The position numbers and the translations under genes are program-made. Below the pieces are notes generated by a model. That model did not search any database, was not told the DNA's origin, and was given only the letters and a program-made list of their open reading frames with translations. Below, piece by piece: positions 18,844 to 30,583 of a stretch of 64,000 bases of DNA (its first letter is position 1; every line of letters starts with the position of its first letter). The DNA is from Nannocystis bainbridge (GTDB lineage Bacteria; Myxococcota_A; Polyangia; Nannocystales; Nannocystaceae). Where the stretch lies: positions 1 to 64,000 of the forward strand of contig NZ_JAQNDL010000003.1 in the NCBI RefSeq assembly GCF_028368995.1, in the 5' to 3' direction.

Positions 18844-19380
18844 ATGGACGCAGCGGCCGCGTCGGAGGCGAGCGCCCGGGGTCCGAGGCGATAAATGCCG
18901 CGCAGCGGCGATGAGCAGCGCCAGAATCAGCACGGTCAGCGCGGCAGCGAGGGCGCCCCAGACCTGGCCCACGGCGACGGCCGTGGCCACGCCCCCGAAT
19001 GCTGCCAGCACCCAATAAAGCCGGCGGCCCGACGGGGACGTGATCAGGTCGGGCGGGCTCGCCTGGTCGAGCGCTTCGCCGACCTCGGCCCCGGCGAGTT
19101 CGCGGCGACGGAGCTCGCTCCGGATGTGGCGCTCGATGAGTCCGAGAGCCACGTACGGCGGGAAGGTGCTGCTCACGGCGATCAGCAAGAAGTGGAGCTG
19201 AAACCGGATGACGAGGAAGAACGTCAGCGGAATCAGCGGCAGCGACAGCAGCAGCACGAGCGGGAGCGCGAGGCGATACCGCTCAGGGTCATTCCAGAAC
19301 CACCACGTCGGGACGAGGCCGAGCCGCTGCGGCCGGTCCAGGAGAGCGCGAGGCGACGACGGAACATGAACGGGTTGCAC
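18730..19380 (-). CDS. hypothetical membrane protein (about 4 TM)
   Basis: Two pairs of hydrophobic segments; starts 13 bp after the upstream gene. Confidence 0.6.
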   Translation of the reverse strand: MQPVHVPSSPRALLDRPQRLGLVPTWWFWNDPERYRLALPLVLLLSLPLIPLTFFLVIRFQLHFLLIAVSSTFPPYVALGLIERHIRSELRRRELAGAEVGEALDQASPPDLITSPSGRRLYWVLAAFGGVATAVAVGQVWGALAAALTVLILALLIAAARHLSPRTPGARLRRGRCVHARASVPDRRSISGPRGTAILAGTVNQSPGDGAASSLP

Positions 19381-19393
19381 GTTGCGAGCTTCC

Positions 19394-20209
19394 TCAGTCG
19401 AGACAGCTCACGATCGAACACGCGACAGAGAGGGCGCACACTCCTGCGCCGTGGACACAGCTGCCTGCCGCAGGCATGAACCCGGCCGCGGCGGCGGTGC
19501 AAGTAATGGCAGCACCCCCGCACGTGAACGCCTGATTGGTGATACTCTTCTTGACGCCCCACCAGCGCGGGCTCGGGACCGCGACGGTCGTCGCCACCTC
19601 GAGGCCCAGTTCGCCCATGTCGGCGAGCGCGAGCGTCAACGCGTACGCGTCCTGCCACGCGGCCGAGGCGGCCAGGGCAGGCGCGTAGCGCTCGTTGACG
19701 AGGGCGGCGTCGCCATCCGCCGCCAACACCTCGCCCGCGAGATCGACCTCGACGCGGGCCGCCACATCGGTCGTATCGGCCGCGAAGTGGAGCGACCCGA
19801 CCGGCAGGTCGCCGGTCCCGTCGAGCATCGCGGCGTGGTGGATGCTGCCCACCCCGGAGAACTGACCCGCGATCTCGAGGCCGAACACCGCACGGTCGCG
19901 CGTGAACGTGACATTGACGCTCGCGTCGGGCTCGGCCAGCTCGATCGCTACCTGGCCCGCGAAGCACACGCAACGGAGGCTGCTCGAAGCTCTGTCTCCC
20001 GTGAAGCCGGAGCTGCCGGCTTCGAGGATATAGCCGAGGGATCCGGCGACCTCGCCGAGGCGCGCGAGCGTGTCGTCGCAAAATTCGGTCGGCACCGCTC
20101 CGGCGAGCGGCGCGGAGGCCCTGGCCGCCGCGGGGGCCACGATGAGCGAACAGGCAGCGCCGAACGCGAAGCGCGCGGCCCGGCAGGTGCGGAGCAAAGC
20201 GAGAGACAT
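19394..20209 (-). CDS. secreted protein with Cys-rich hydrophobic C-terminal peptide
   Basis: Signal-like N-terminus; tail with 6 Cys ending ...ACSIVSCLD; start uncertain. Confidence 0.65.
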   Translation of the reverse strand: MSLALLRTCRAARFAFGAACSLIVAPAAARASAPLAGAVPTEFCDDTLARLGEVAGSLGYILEAGSSGFTGDRASSSLRCVCFAGQVAIELAEPDASVNVTFTRDRAVFGLEIAGQFSGVGSIHHAAMLDGTGDLPVGSLHFAADTTDVAARVEVDLAGEVLAADGDAALVNERYAPALAASAAWQDAYALTLALADMGELGLEVATTVAVPSPRWWGVKKSITNQAFTCGGAAITCTAAAAGFMPAAGSCVHGAGVCALSVACSIVSCLD

Positions 20210-20865
20210 GACGGGCACGTGACCGAGGAGCGCCAACAAGGCAATGGCTGCGAGCGGCGGCGGCATCACCCCGCGATTGGCTCGGCATGCAGCGAAGCGG
20301 GCTCAGGCCGGCGAGCGGGCGACCCGATGTGCCACTCCAGGGGGCGGGGCTGGCACCGTCGGACGCCGCGCGCCGGGCCCGCCTTGCGGCTGCAAGCCGC
20401 GAGCGGGGACGTCGAGCGCCGGTGCGAGTCGAAGACGAGGTGCCGATGGTTCAGAGACCACGGGCCCGCGCGATGCTCCGTGAGCCCGCCAAACGGCGGG
20501 AGCAATTATCTGGGTGGACAGTGCATCGTCGCACGCACGACACATCGGTGATTCAACGAGAAGCGATGGGACCCGCTCTATTTTCATTTCTCGCGCCGCG
20601 GGTGGCCCACTTAGCGTCCTGCTCTCGACATACCATCCCGCTCGCCGGTGAGCGGGGCGAATGCGCCGCCATATCGCGCTTCGCAGAATACCCGGGCGCA
20701 CCCCCGAGCCCCGGGGCGCGAATGATAGCAGGACCGCCGCGAGAATCAGCGGTCCACGAGCAGCTACCGAGGTCACGAGCGATCCCGAATGCTCCTCACA
20801 GGCAGCGCCCCAATTGGTGAGACTCGAGTAATCACCGTTCAAGCACGAATGCCACCAGCCCCGAA

Positions 20866-23800
20866 TCACCGCTCCCCGAGCAGCGATTGCCACGCCGGGT
20901 CCTCGCTCATCCGCGACGCGAACGCCGGCTCGCGGCGCAGGCGGTCGCGCACCAGCTCCGGTGCAGGGTCGCTGGCGACAGCCTGCCCTGCGTGGATCAG
21001 CGCGGCGGCCGGGTCGACCTCGGCCAGCAGCAGCGCCAGCGCCAGGTGCGTCTCTGCGCGCTCTGGCCCGTCGGCGTCGGCTTGCTGCGGTCCGCTGGCG
21101 TCGCCCGGCTCATCCCCGAGGGCTGCCAGGGCCGCCTCGAAGTCGCGGCGGGCCAGCGTGGTGGCGCCGAGTTCGCGGTAGATCATCGCCCGGCCGTGCA
21201 GCAGGGCCCGCAGGGCCTGGCGCGCCGCCGCGTCGGGCGCGGCCAGGGCTTCCACCCCCGCCAGCGCCGCCAGCATCGCCTGCTGCACCATCGGGTCGTC
21301 GACGTGATGGCGGGCCAGCACCGGCCAGGTCGCGGCCAGCAGCTCCAGCTCGCGCGGTCCCACGGCTGCGCGCAGCGTCGGCGCCAGGCCGGGGCGGGTC
21401 CGCAGCAGGTGCAGCGCATCGGCGTCGTCGAGCCCCGGCAGCGCCAGCGCGGCCATGCGGGTCATGCCGGCCACGTCCTGCAGCGCGTCGTGGGCCAGCA
21501 GCGCCAGCAGGGCGTGGCGGGGCGAAGCGCCTGCCCGGTCGCCGAGGGCCGCCAGCGCCGCCAGCGGCTCGCCGCCGACCAGCGCCCGGGCCGCGCGGGC
21601 CGCGGGTTCGTCGTCCTCGCTCGGCGCGTCGAGCCGGTCGGCGGCGGGTTCGTCGTCCTCGCTCGGCCCGTCGAGTTGGCCGTCGTCCGCGGTCGGTGCG
21701 TCGATCCGGGCCCCGTGCAAGGAGATCCGGCGGATCTCGGCGACGATCCGGTTGGGCGCGAACACGTCGCCCTCGTGGCCGAGCACGAGGGTGTAGCGGC
21801 CCGCGGCCGGCCTGGCGGTGGCGCGGTGCTCCGCGAGCGCGCGCAGGCCGTCGTCCTCGGCGGCGCACAGGGTCGCGTCGCGGTCGGGGAAGTAGGTCGC
21901 GCGCACGATCACGCGGCGGCGGGTGGCGGCGGTCGCCACCTGGCGGGAGGTCAGCTCTCGCCGCTCGCGAGCGACCGGCAGGCAGTGGGTGCCGTGGTCG
22001 CGGTAGCGGCGGTCGCCGCGGGCGTTGACGCCGACGCCGAGCAGCGGCTGGCCGTCGGCGTCGTGGAGCGCGACCCGCAGGTCGGTGTGGTACTCGGCGT
22101 GGGTCACCTCGAGCTCGAGCTCGAGCTCGAGCGGGCCGCCGTCCCAGCGCACCGGCAGGGTCGCCAGTCGGGTCTGGGCCCCGAGCGCGTCGACCTGCAG
22201 GCCGCCCGACAGCGGGTCGAGCCGCAGCGCCGCCGGCCGCTCGAGCCGCCACGCCGGGTCGAGCGCGCCGCCGGCGAAGCGCAGCTCGACCGACTCGCGG
22301 GCGTCGAGCAGCGGCGCCAGGCGGCCCACCACGTCGCTCGCCGCCGCCGCCTGGGCCGGGCTGCGCCGCGGGTGCGCCTCGAGCCGGCGGGCCGCCTCCA
22401 GCGCCTCGCGGTGGCGACCGAGCTCGGTCAGCAGCTCGGCGCGCCGCAGCCACGCGGCCGGGGCCAGCTCGGGGTCGTCGAGGCTGCCGCGGTCGAGCGC
22501 GAGCGCCTCCTCGGCCTGGCCGGCGACCGCGTGCAGGGCCGCGGCCCGGTCGGTGAAGCGCCGGCGCACCGCCTCGTCGGCGACCAGCGGCGCCGCCGCG
22601 CGCAGGACCTCGGCGGCGCTGGCCGGCAGCCCGCCGGCGGCCAGCTCGTCGGCGCGGGTCCAGCGGTCGCGCAGCAGCTCGTCGTCGAGGCCGGCCGGCG
22701 GGGGCGCGGACGCGGGCGCCGGGGTCGGCGCGGGCGGCAGCGCGACGTCGCCGACCCCGAGCCCCCACAGCGCGTGGTGGTCGTCGGCCAGCAGCAGCGC
22801 GCGCCCCGGCCCGTCGCCGGCGCGCACCGCCGCCAGCGGCGCGCCGTGGCCGAGCACCAGCGGCAGCAGCTCGCCGTCGTCGCCCTGGTGGATCAGCAGG
22901 GTGTGGATCAGCCCCCCGCCGCGGATCGGCAGCGCCAGCTCCTCGCGCGCGTCGCCGTCGAGGTCGGCCGCGATCAGCACCCCGTCGCGCAGCTCGAGCG
23001 CGAGCCCCTCCGGCGGCGGCATGTGCGAGGCCGTCACCAGCGCGGCGCCGTCCCAGCGCAGCAGGTGCACGCCGGGCGCCTCGCCGATGTGCGGCGGCTC
23101 GGGGAACACGTCGGCGTTGACGCCGAGCCCGTCGCGCACGGCCACCAGCACCAGCTCGCCGTCCGGCCGCCGCAGCAGGCCCAGGCTCTGGACCCACCCG
23201 AACTGGCGCCGGCCGACCAGCTGCAGTTGCCCGTCGTCGTCGGCGTGAAACACCCGCAGATCGAAGGCACGCGGCGGCCCGAACGCGGCCACGATCTCCT
23301 GCACGCCGTCGCCGTCGAGGTCACCCGCGATCAGATCCTCGAGATCGGAGCCGTTCCGCGCGCTGGCCGGGTGGGCCTCGCGCGGCGCGGCGCCGTCGGC
23401 CTCGACCGCGTGGAAGCCCCGCAGCGGCCAGCGGTACTCGAAGTACAGCTCGGGCCCGCCGTCGCCGTCGGCGTCGACGATCCCGCGCGGCAGCAGCTCG
23501 GCCGCCGCGGGGAAGCGCGCCAGCGGCTCCTGCGGCGCGCGCAGGTCGAGCAGCGCGGCGCTGCCCTGGCGGAACGTCACCCCCCACGGCGCCGCCCCGT
23601 TCGCCAGGTAGACCCTCGCCTCGGCCTGCCAGCGCGGCCCCGGCTGCAGCGCTTCGTCGAGCAGCACCACGCCGCTGCCGCCGGCGTCGATCACCGCCGC
23701 GCGCCACGGCCCGCCTGGCGGCAGCGCGACCGCCCCGCTCGCGCTGGTGTCGATCGCCCGGGCCCGCGCCAGGTGCTGCAGCAGCGGCCGCACCGCGGCC

Positions 23801-25329
23801 AGCCGGGCCGGCGCCGCCTCGCCCAGCAGCTCCACCGCGGCCGGCAGGTCGCGCCGGCGCAGCGCCGCGTGGAAGTGCAGCGCGTGGTCCTGCGGGTCGC
23901 CGGGCGCGTCCGGCAGCGCCTGGACCACCCGCGTCAGCGCGGCCGTGTCCCAGCCCTCGAGGTGGAGCTCGGCGATCCGCCGCAGAGCCGCGTGGGCGTC
24001 GGCGGGCGCGGTCGCGTCGGCGTAGGCGCGGGCGTAGTCGGCCAGCGCCCCCTCGCGCTCGCCCGCGGCGTGGCGCCGGTCGCCGCGCTGCTGCCAGGCC
24101 CGCACCAGCGCCTGCGTGCCCTGGTGCGCCGGGTCGTCGAGGAACGCCTGGAAGGCCGCCGCCGCGCGCTCCGGGTCGGCCTCGCCGGCGACCGCCGCCA
24201 GGTGCTCGGCCGCCAAATCCTCGATGCGCTCGCGGGTCCACGTGCGCCGCAGGTGCAGCGCCGCCAACGTGGCGACCAGCGTCACCGCGGCGATCGCCAG
24301 CGCCAGCCCGGCCCGCCGCAGCCGCACCCGCCGGCGCACCGCCGGGTCGGCCGCCAGCGCCGCCAGCAATTGCGACATCGTCTGCCAGCGCCGCTCCGGG
24401 TCGACCCGCAGCCCGCGCAGCACCACCGCCCGCAGCCACGCCGGCACCTGCGCGTGCGCGGGCGGCCGCACCGCGCCGGCCAGCGACGCGGCGCGCAGCG
24501 TCTCGTAGCTGGCGGCGGCGAACGGCCGCTCGCCGTACAGCGCCTCGTACAGCGAGGCGCAGAAGCTGAACACGTCGCTGCGCGCGTCGGCCCGGGCCCC
24601 GCGGTGCTGCTCGGGGGCCATGTACGCCGGCGTCCCGAGCACGCTGCCGGTCGCGGTCAGGTCGAGCGAGGCCATGCGGCGGTCGTCCGGATCGGGGGCC
24701 GCCTCGGTGCCGTCGTCGCCCACCAGCCCGAAATCCAGCAGCAGGACCCGCCCGTCCTCGCCGACCATCACGTTGTCGGGCTTGAAGTCGCGGTGGACCA
24801 GCCCGGCCCGGTGCACCTCCGCCAGGCCGCGCCCGGCCGCCACGAACAGCTCGACGATCCGCGAATACGTCGCCTCCGGCTCGACCTCCGCCAGCTGCTG
24901 GCGCAGCGTCCGCCCGCGCACGTACTCCATCGCCAGGAACACCCGCCCCGCCGAGGTGCTCACGTCGTAGATCTGGACGATGTTGAGGTGCGACACGCGG
25001 GCCAGCGCCTTGGCCTCGCGGATGAACCGCCCCACCACCGCCGCGCTGCTGCAGTCGGTGCGCAGCATCTTGAGCGCGACGACGCGGTCGAGCACGTCGT
25101 CGTAGGCGGCGTGGACCACCCCGACTCCCCCCTGCCCGAGCACGCGCAGCAGCCGGTAGCGGCCGAGCTGCGGCGAAGTCGGCGACGACTCGGCCGGCCC
25201 GCGCGGCCCGCTGCCCAGCGGCCCTCCGTCCTGCGACCCGTCCCACGTCTCGGCCAGCGCCTGGCCGGGCGCCTGGCTGAGCGTGCGCAGCGGTTCGTCC
25301 CCGGCCACGTGGCGAGTATGCCCCGACAT
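20866..25329 (-). CDS. membrane Ser/Thr protein kinase with FG-GAP and TPR-like C-terminal region
   Basis: LGQGGVGVV, HRDFKPDNV, DFG, GTPAYMAPE, TM helix, DLDGDG repeats; ATG at 25329. Confidence 0.9.
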   Translation of the reverse strand: MSGHTRHVAGDEPLRTLSQAPGQALAETWDGSQDGGPLGSGPRGPAESSPTSPQLGRYRLLRVLGQGGVGVVHAAYDDVLDRVVALKMLRTDCSSAAVVGRFIREAKALARVSHLNIVQIYDVSTSAGRVFLAMEYVRGRTLRQQLAEVEPEATYSRIVELFVAAGRGLAEVHRAGLVHRDFKPDNVMVGEDGRVLLLDFGLVGDDGTEAAPDPDDRRMASLDLTATGSVLGTPAYMAPEQHRGARADARSDVFSFCASLYEALYGERPFAAASYETLRAASLAGAVRPPAHAQVPAWLRAVVLRGLRVDPERRWQTMSQLLAALAADPAVRRRVRLRRAGLALAIAAVTLVATLAALHLRRTWTRERIEDLAAEHLAAVAGEADPERAAAAFQAFLDDPAHQGTQALVRAWQQRGDRRHAAGEREGALADYARAYADATAPADAHAALRRIAELHLEGWDTAALTRVVQALPDAPGDPQDHALHFHAALRRRDLPAAVELLGEAAPARLAAVRPLLQHLARARAIDTSASGAVALPPGGPWRAAVIDAGGSGVVLLDEALQPGPRWQAEARVYLANGAAPWGVTFRQGSAALLDLRAPQEPLARFPAAAELLPRGIVDADGDGGPELYFEYRWPLRGFHAVEADGAAPREAHPASARNGSDLEDLIAGDLDGDGVQEIVAAFGPPRAFDLRVFHADDDGQLQLVGRRQFGWVQSLGLLRRPDGELVLVAVRDGLGVNADVFPEPPHIGEAPGVHLLRWDGAALVTASHMPPPEGLALELRDGVLIAADLDGDAREELALPIRGGGLIHTLLIHQGDDGELLPLVLGHGAPLAAVRAGDGPGRALLLADDHHALWGLGVGDVALPPAPTPAPASAPPPAGLDDELLRDRWTRADELAAGGLPASAAEVLRAAAPLVADEAVRRRFTDRAAALHAVAGQAEEALALDRGSLDDPELAPAAWLRRAELLTELGRHREALEAARRLEAHPRRSPAQAAAASDVVGRLAPLLDARESVELRFAGGALDPAWRLERPAALRLDPLSGGLQVDALGAQTRLATLPVRWDGGPLELELELEVTHAEYHTDLRVALHDADGQPLLGVGVNARGDRRYRDHGTHCLPVARERRELTSRQVATAATRRRVIVRATYFPDRDATLCAAEDDGLRALAEHRATARPAAGRYTLVLGHEGDVFAPNRIVAEIRRISLHGARIDAPTADDGQLDGPSEDDEPAADRLDAPSEDDEPAARAARALVGGEPLAALAALGDRAGASPRHALLALLAHDALQDVAGMTRMAALALPGLDDADALHLLRTRPGLAPTLRAAVGPRELELLAATWPVLARHHVDDPMVQQAMLAALAGVEALAAPDAAARQALRALLHGRAMIYRELGATTLARRDFEAALAALGDEPGDASGPQQADADGPERAETHLALALLLAEVDPAAALIHAGQAVASDPAPELVRDRLRREPAFASRMSEDPAWQSLLGER

Positions 25330-25950
25330 CGCCGCGCTCCGACGCCGATCCTCCGGCAACGGGTGCGCGCCAGCGCGAGTCACCGCCCGGACGCAGAGGA
25401 CTCCTCGCAGCGCGCGCCCGCAGTCCCATGAATTCCTCCGCAAGGTCCTCGCCCCGCCGGCACACATTCGCCGCGGACGAATGACCACGCGTCCCCCCGC
25501 GCGACCGGACACTTGCAACCCCGCACCGGCCACCGGCAAACCCTGATGACAACCCAGCCGCCGCCCCTGTCCCCGCCCGTATCCAGCCGGACGCGGCTCT
25601 CGCCGTGAGTTCCTTCGTTTCAAGCCAAAACCGGCGGACGTTGCATCTGCCAGCAAGCCCCGCGAACTACAATCATACGAGTCGCCGCGACGATTCCGTA
25701 GCGACGCACCATCGCCCCCAAATCCCCGCAGCGAGAGTGCCACCATTCTCGTCAGACTCGCGGGCGATTCACCAGAGACGCTCGCGCCGTCGACTCGCCC
25801 CCCGTGCCGCGAGACTCGCCCTCACAGCACGTATAGGATGGCTTGAGCCGGGCGGCCGGCTCCGAGCAAGCGGTATTCTCGTGAAGCGGCCCACGGCACG
25901 AGGCGTGTCGCCGATGCCCGCATCGACCCGCGTGAACCATGCTGTCACCC

Positions 25951-27000
<1,050 letters not shown>

Positions 27001-27044
27001 CACCCCGCGAGTATGAAGCCCGGCGCGCGCCCGCGTAACCCAGG

Positions 27045-27061
27045 ACAGTGCAACGCACTGT
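27045..27061. promoter_or_regulatory. inverted repeat ACAGTGC-AAC-GCACTGT between divergent genes; possible operator
   Basis: Perfect 7-bp arms about 45 bp upstream of the pirin start. Confidence 0.35.
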
Positions 27062-27207
27062 TCCAGCTCCGACAACAGTGGCCTGCAGCGGCCCGTACAC
27101 CCGTCCGCGCGCGTTCCAGCGCGGTCCCGCGAGGCCCGCGGCCGCCCCTCTCGCGCAGCCGGCGCGGCGGCTTGTGACGGGCCCGGGCGGCGCGTACTGT
27201 GCCCGCC

Positions 27208-28170
27208 ATGCGTAAAATGACCTTCTCTGGCCCCCAGCTCTGCCGCCTCGTCGGCGCCGCCGTGGGCCTGCTGGCGGCCTGCAGCGACGACGGCCGCGAC
27301 TCGGGCACCGCCAGCGCCGGCGTCACCGCCAGCGCCGGCATCACCACCGCCTCGACCACCGCCCCCGGCACCACCACCGCCCCCGGCACCACCACCGGCG
27401 ACGACGGCACCGGCACCAGCACCGACGCCGTCGCCACCACCGGCCCGACCACCACCGACGCCTCGACCACCACCGCCGAGCCCATCACCACCAGCGGCGG
27501 CGCCAAGTTCGACCTCGGGGCCATGCCGGACGTCGGCATGACCGAGTGCGTCGATTGTGCCCTCACCATCGATTCGCAGCAGTCGGGCACCCTGGCGATC
27601 CTCGGCCCGAACGTGTTCGCCACCGCCGAGCTCGACGGCGAGATCGTCTACGCGCTCGGCAACGCCGGCCCTGGCCGCTTCATCGCCACCGCCGACAGCA
27701 GCCTCCCCTTCAACGAGCAGTCCGACTGCCCGATCCGCGAATGGCTGGCCGGCAGCCCCGACCCGAACCCCAAGCTGTTCTGGTTCGGCTGGGGAGAGTC
27801 CGACGGCCCCGCCAATTGGAACTACCCCGGCGAATCCTCGCTCTACCACCTGCCCCCGCAGTACGTCGGCAACCCGGCCCAGCTCAAAGCCGACTACGAC
27901 ATCGTCATGTACCTCGAGGGCTCGGGGCAATTTGACGACGGCGACCAGCCCACCGATCAGGAGATGCAGACGCTGCTCGAGTTCGTCACCGTCTACGGCG
28001 GCGGCGCCTACATCAGCTCGGAGTTCGCCGGTTACCTCAAGGCCGCCGACTACGCCAGCGTCAACCGCGTGCTGACGCCGCTCGGGGTCCAGGCGCTCGA
28101 GGTCAACCTCAACTGGGGCGACGTGAACGGCGCCATCGAGTTCACCTGTTTCCCCGCGCCGGTGGGCTGA
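27208..28170 (+). CDS. lipoprotein with Thr-rich linker and unknown C-terminal domain
   Basis: Lipobox LAAC, TTTAPG repeats, KFDLG motif, globular C-terminal domain. Confidence 0.8.
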   Translation: MRKMTFSGPQLCRLVGAAVGLLAACSDDGRDSGTASAGVTASAGITTASTTAPGTTTAPGTTTGDDGTGTSTDAVATTGPTTTDASTTTAEPITTSGGAKFDLGAMPDVGMTECVDCALTIDSQQSGTLAILGPNVFATAELDGEIVYALGNAGPGRFIATADSSLPFNEQSDCPIREWLAGSPDPNPKLFWFGWGESDGPANWNYPGESSLYHLPPQYVGNPAQLKADYDIVMYLEGSGQFDDGDQPTDQEMQTLLEFVTVYGGGAYISSEFAGYLKAADYASVNRVLTPLGVQALEVNLNWGDVNGAIEFTCFPAPVG

Positions 28171-28270
28171 GCTCGCTGCGGGCCCGCGCGATCCTCACGC
28201 CCGCGGGCCCGCTGCGTCGGCCTTGGAGTCGGCCGCGCCGCGATGCTATCCTCCGACGCTCCGAGGCCCG

Positions 28271-28873
28271 GTGACCGATCCCCACGACCGTCCCTCCGCC
28301 GACGCGGTAATCCCCCCGATGATGGAAGCCGTCACCACGCTGCTGCGTGGAGTCGGCGAGGACCCTGGCCGCGACGGCCTCGAGCGCACGCCCGAGCGCG
28401 TCGCCAAGGCGCTGCAGTTCCTCACCAGCGGCTACGACCAGTCGCTCGAGGTCCTGCTGAACGGCGCGATCTTCGACGTCGGCCACGACGAGATGGTGGT
28501 CGTCCGCGACATCGACCTGTTCAGCCTGTGCGAGCACCACATGCTGCCGTTCATCGGCCGCGCGCACATCGGCTACATCCCCGACCGCAAGGTCGTCGGC
28601 CTGTCCAAGCTGGCCCGCGTGGTCGAGATGTTCGCCCGCCGCCTGCAGGTCCAGGAGCGGCTCACGCGGCAGATCGCCGAGGCCATCCAGGAGGTGCTGC
28701 AGCCGCACGGCGTCGGCGTCGTCATCGAGGCCAGCCACATGTGCATGATCATGCGCGGGGTGCAGAAGCCCAACTCGTGGACGGTGACCTCGTCGATGGT
28801 CGGGGTGTTCCGCGACAACCTCAACACGCGGCAGGAGTTCCTCAACCTCATCCGCCACAAGGTCGTGTTCTGA
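28271..28873 (+). CDS. folE: GTP cyclohydrolase I
   Basis: [42 protein letters not shown]; start uncertain. Confidence 0.97.
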   Translation: MTDPHDRPSADAVIPPMMEAVTTLLRGVGEDPGRDGLERTPERVAKALQFLTSGYDQSLEVLLNGAIFDVGHDEMVVVRDIDLFSLCEHHMLPFIGRAHIGYIPDRKVVGLSKLARVVEMFARRLQVQERLTRQIAEAIQEVLQPHGVGVVIEASHMCMIMRGVQKPNSWTVTSSMVGVFRDNLNTRQEFLNLIRHKVVF

Positions 28874-28883
28874 GGGGCCACCG

Positions 28884-29249
28884 ATGGAGATCTTCCGCGT
28901 CTACCACTTCGAGGCCGCGCACCGCCTGCCGGCCGTCCCGCCCGGTCACAAGTGCTTCCGCCTGCACGGCCACTCGTACGAGATCGACATCCGCGTGCGC
29001 GGCCCGGTCGGCGCCGACACCGGCTGGATCATGGACCTGGGCGACCTCGACATCGCCTGGGAGCCGCTGCACCGGGTCCTCGACCACCACTATCTGAACG
29101 AGGTCGAGGGCCTGGAGAACCCGACCAGCGAGCACCTGGCGCGGTGGATCTGGCGCCGCCTCAAGCCGTCGCTGCCGCTCCTGAGCGAGGTCGGCGTGCG
29201 CGAGACCTGCACCTGCGGCTGCATCTACCGCGGCGAAGACGAGACCTGA
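28884..29249 (+). CDS. queD: 6-carboxytetrahydropterin synthase (PTPS-I/QueD)
   Basis: FEAAHRLP, CFRLHGHSY, LDHHYLNE, NPTSEHLA. Confidence 0.9.
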   Translation: MEIFRVYHFEAAHRLPAVPPGHKCFRLHGHSYEIDIRVRGPVGADTGWIMDLGDLDIAWEPLHRVLDHHYLNEVEGLENPTSEHLARWIWRRLKPSLPLLSEVGVRETCTCGCIYRGEDET

Positions 29250-29256
29250 GGCCCTG

Positions 29257-29781
29257 ATGACCGCCAGCACCGTCGACGCCCCCGAGTTCACCGAGCTCAC
29301 CACCATCGAGCTCTTCAAAGAAGCGATGAAGTTCTCGGCCGGGCACTTCACGATCTTCTCGAAGGACCGGCGCGAGCGGCTGCACGGCCACAACTTCGCG
29401 GTCCAGGTCAGCATCACCGGCGAGCTCGACGACAACGGGATGATGGGCGACTACGGCGAGTTCAAGCGCATCGCCTTCGACCTGTGCCGCAGCCTCGACG
29501 AGTGGACGCTGCTGCCCGGCCGCTCGCCGTACCTCACGCTGCGCGAGGACGGCCCCTACGTGTTCGCCGAATTCGCCGGCGAGACGATCCCGTTCCTGCG
29601 CAGCGACGTGCAGGTGCTGCCGCTGCGCAACATCACCGTCGAGGAGCTGGCGCGCCACCTGTGCCACCGCCTGGTCGACGAGGGCAAGATCCTCGCGGTC
29701 GCGCCGATCCACCGCCTCGAGGTCAAGGTCTCGTCCGGCCCGGGTCAGCTCGGGGCCGCCGGCTGGCGGAGGGGCGCATGA
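29257..29781 (+). CDS. PTPS family protein, PTPS-III-like
   Basis: FSAGHFT, ERLHGHNF (ExxHGH), NITVEELA. Confidence 0.85.
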   Translation: MTASTVDAPEFTELTTIELFKEAMKFSAGHFTIFSKDRRERLHGHNFAVQVSITGELDDNGMMGDYGEFKRIAFDLCRSLDEWTLLPGRSPYLTLREDGPYVFAEFAGETIPFLRSDVQVLPLRNITVEELARHLCHRLVDEGKILAVAPIHRLEVKVSSGPGQLGAAGWRRGA

Positions 29782-30491
29782 GCGCCGCCGCCGACACCGT
29801 CGTGCTCACCGGCGGCAGCGCCGGCATCGGCCAGGCGATCGCCGCCCGCGCGCGCGCTGACGGCCGCTGCGTCATCAACCTGTCCCGCAGGCCATGTCCG
29901 GTCGACGGCGTCACCAACCTCGCGGTCGACCTCGGCGACGCCGCCGCGGTCGCCGACGCGATGACCCGCGTGCGCGACCTGCTCGGCGCGCCCGGCCGCG
30001 TCCACCTGATCCACAACGCCGCCTTCCCGATCGCCGACGCCGTCACCGCCTTCGACGCCCGCGCCTGCGAGCAGGCCATGCGCGTCAACGTCGTCACGCC
30101 GGCCGAGCTGACCGCCGGCCTGCTGCCGAGCATGGCGCCCGGCTCGTCGGTGATCTTCATCGGCTCGACGCTCTCGGAGAAGGGCGTGCCCGGCCGCCTG
30201 ACTTATTGCGCGACCAAGCACGCGCTGGTCGGCCTGCTGCGCGCCACGGTCCAGGACCTGTTCGGCGCCGGCATCCACGCGGTGTGCGTGTGCCCCGGCT
30301 TCGTCGACACGCCCCTGCTCGACCCGCTGCGCGCGCGCGGCCCCGAGGTGATCCAGCAGGTGCTCGGCATGGTCTCGTACGGCCGCTTCCTCAGCCCCGA
30401 GGAGGTCGCCGACATCGTCGCGTTCGCGCTCGAGCGACCGTCGCTGAACGGCGCGATCATCCACGCCAACCTCGGCCAGCGCGAGGGCTGA
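29778..30491 (+). CDS. short-chain dehydrogenase/reductase, possibly a pterin reductase
   Basis: TGGSAGIG, HNAA, YCATK, PGFVDT; ATGA overlap with the upstream gene. Confidence 0.88.
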   Translation: MSAAADTVVLTGGSAGIGQAIAARARADGRCVINLSRRPCPVDGVTNLAVDLGDAAAVADAMTRVRDLLGAPGRVHLIHNAAFPIADAVTAFDARACEQAMRVNVVTPAELTAGLLPSMAPGSSVIFIGSTLSEKGVPGRLTYCATKHALVGLLRATVQDLFGAGIHAVCVCPGFVDTPLLDPLRARGPEVIQQVLGMVSYGRFLSPEEVADIVAFALERPSLNGAIIHANLGQREG

Positions 30492-30583
30492 GCCGCGGAT
30501 CGCCACGATCCGAGCCTCGGCTCGCCCGCGCAATGCCTCGATGTCCTCCGCGACCGAGGCACGCGCCGGTGAGGGCAGCGCGC

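Noticed and set aside
20300-20860. Possible gene or ncRNA in the long intergenic region
   Set aside because: No convincing ORF, motif or structure seen
20887-25431. 1514-aa plus-strand ORF and other long overlapping ORFs (e.g. 50340-53456, 57168-59624)
   Set aside because: Antisense or frame shadows of real genes, expected at this GC content; Arg/Gly/Pro-rich with no motifs
28271-29781. 7-deazaguanine DNA modification (dpd) island
   Set aside because: No queC, queE, tgt or dpdA nearby
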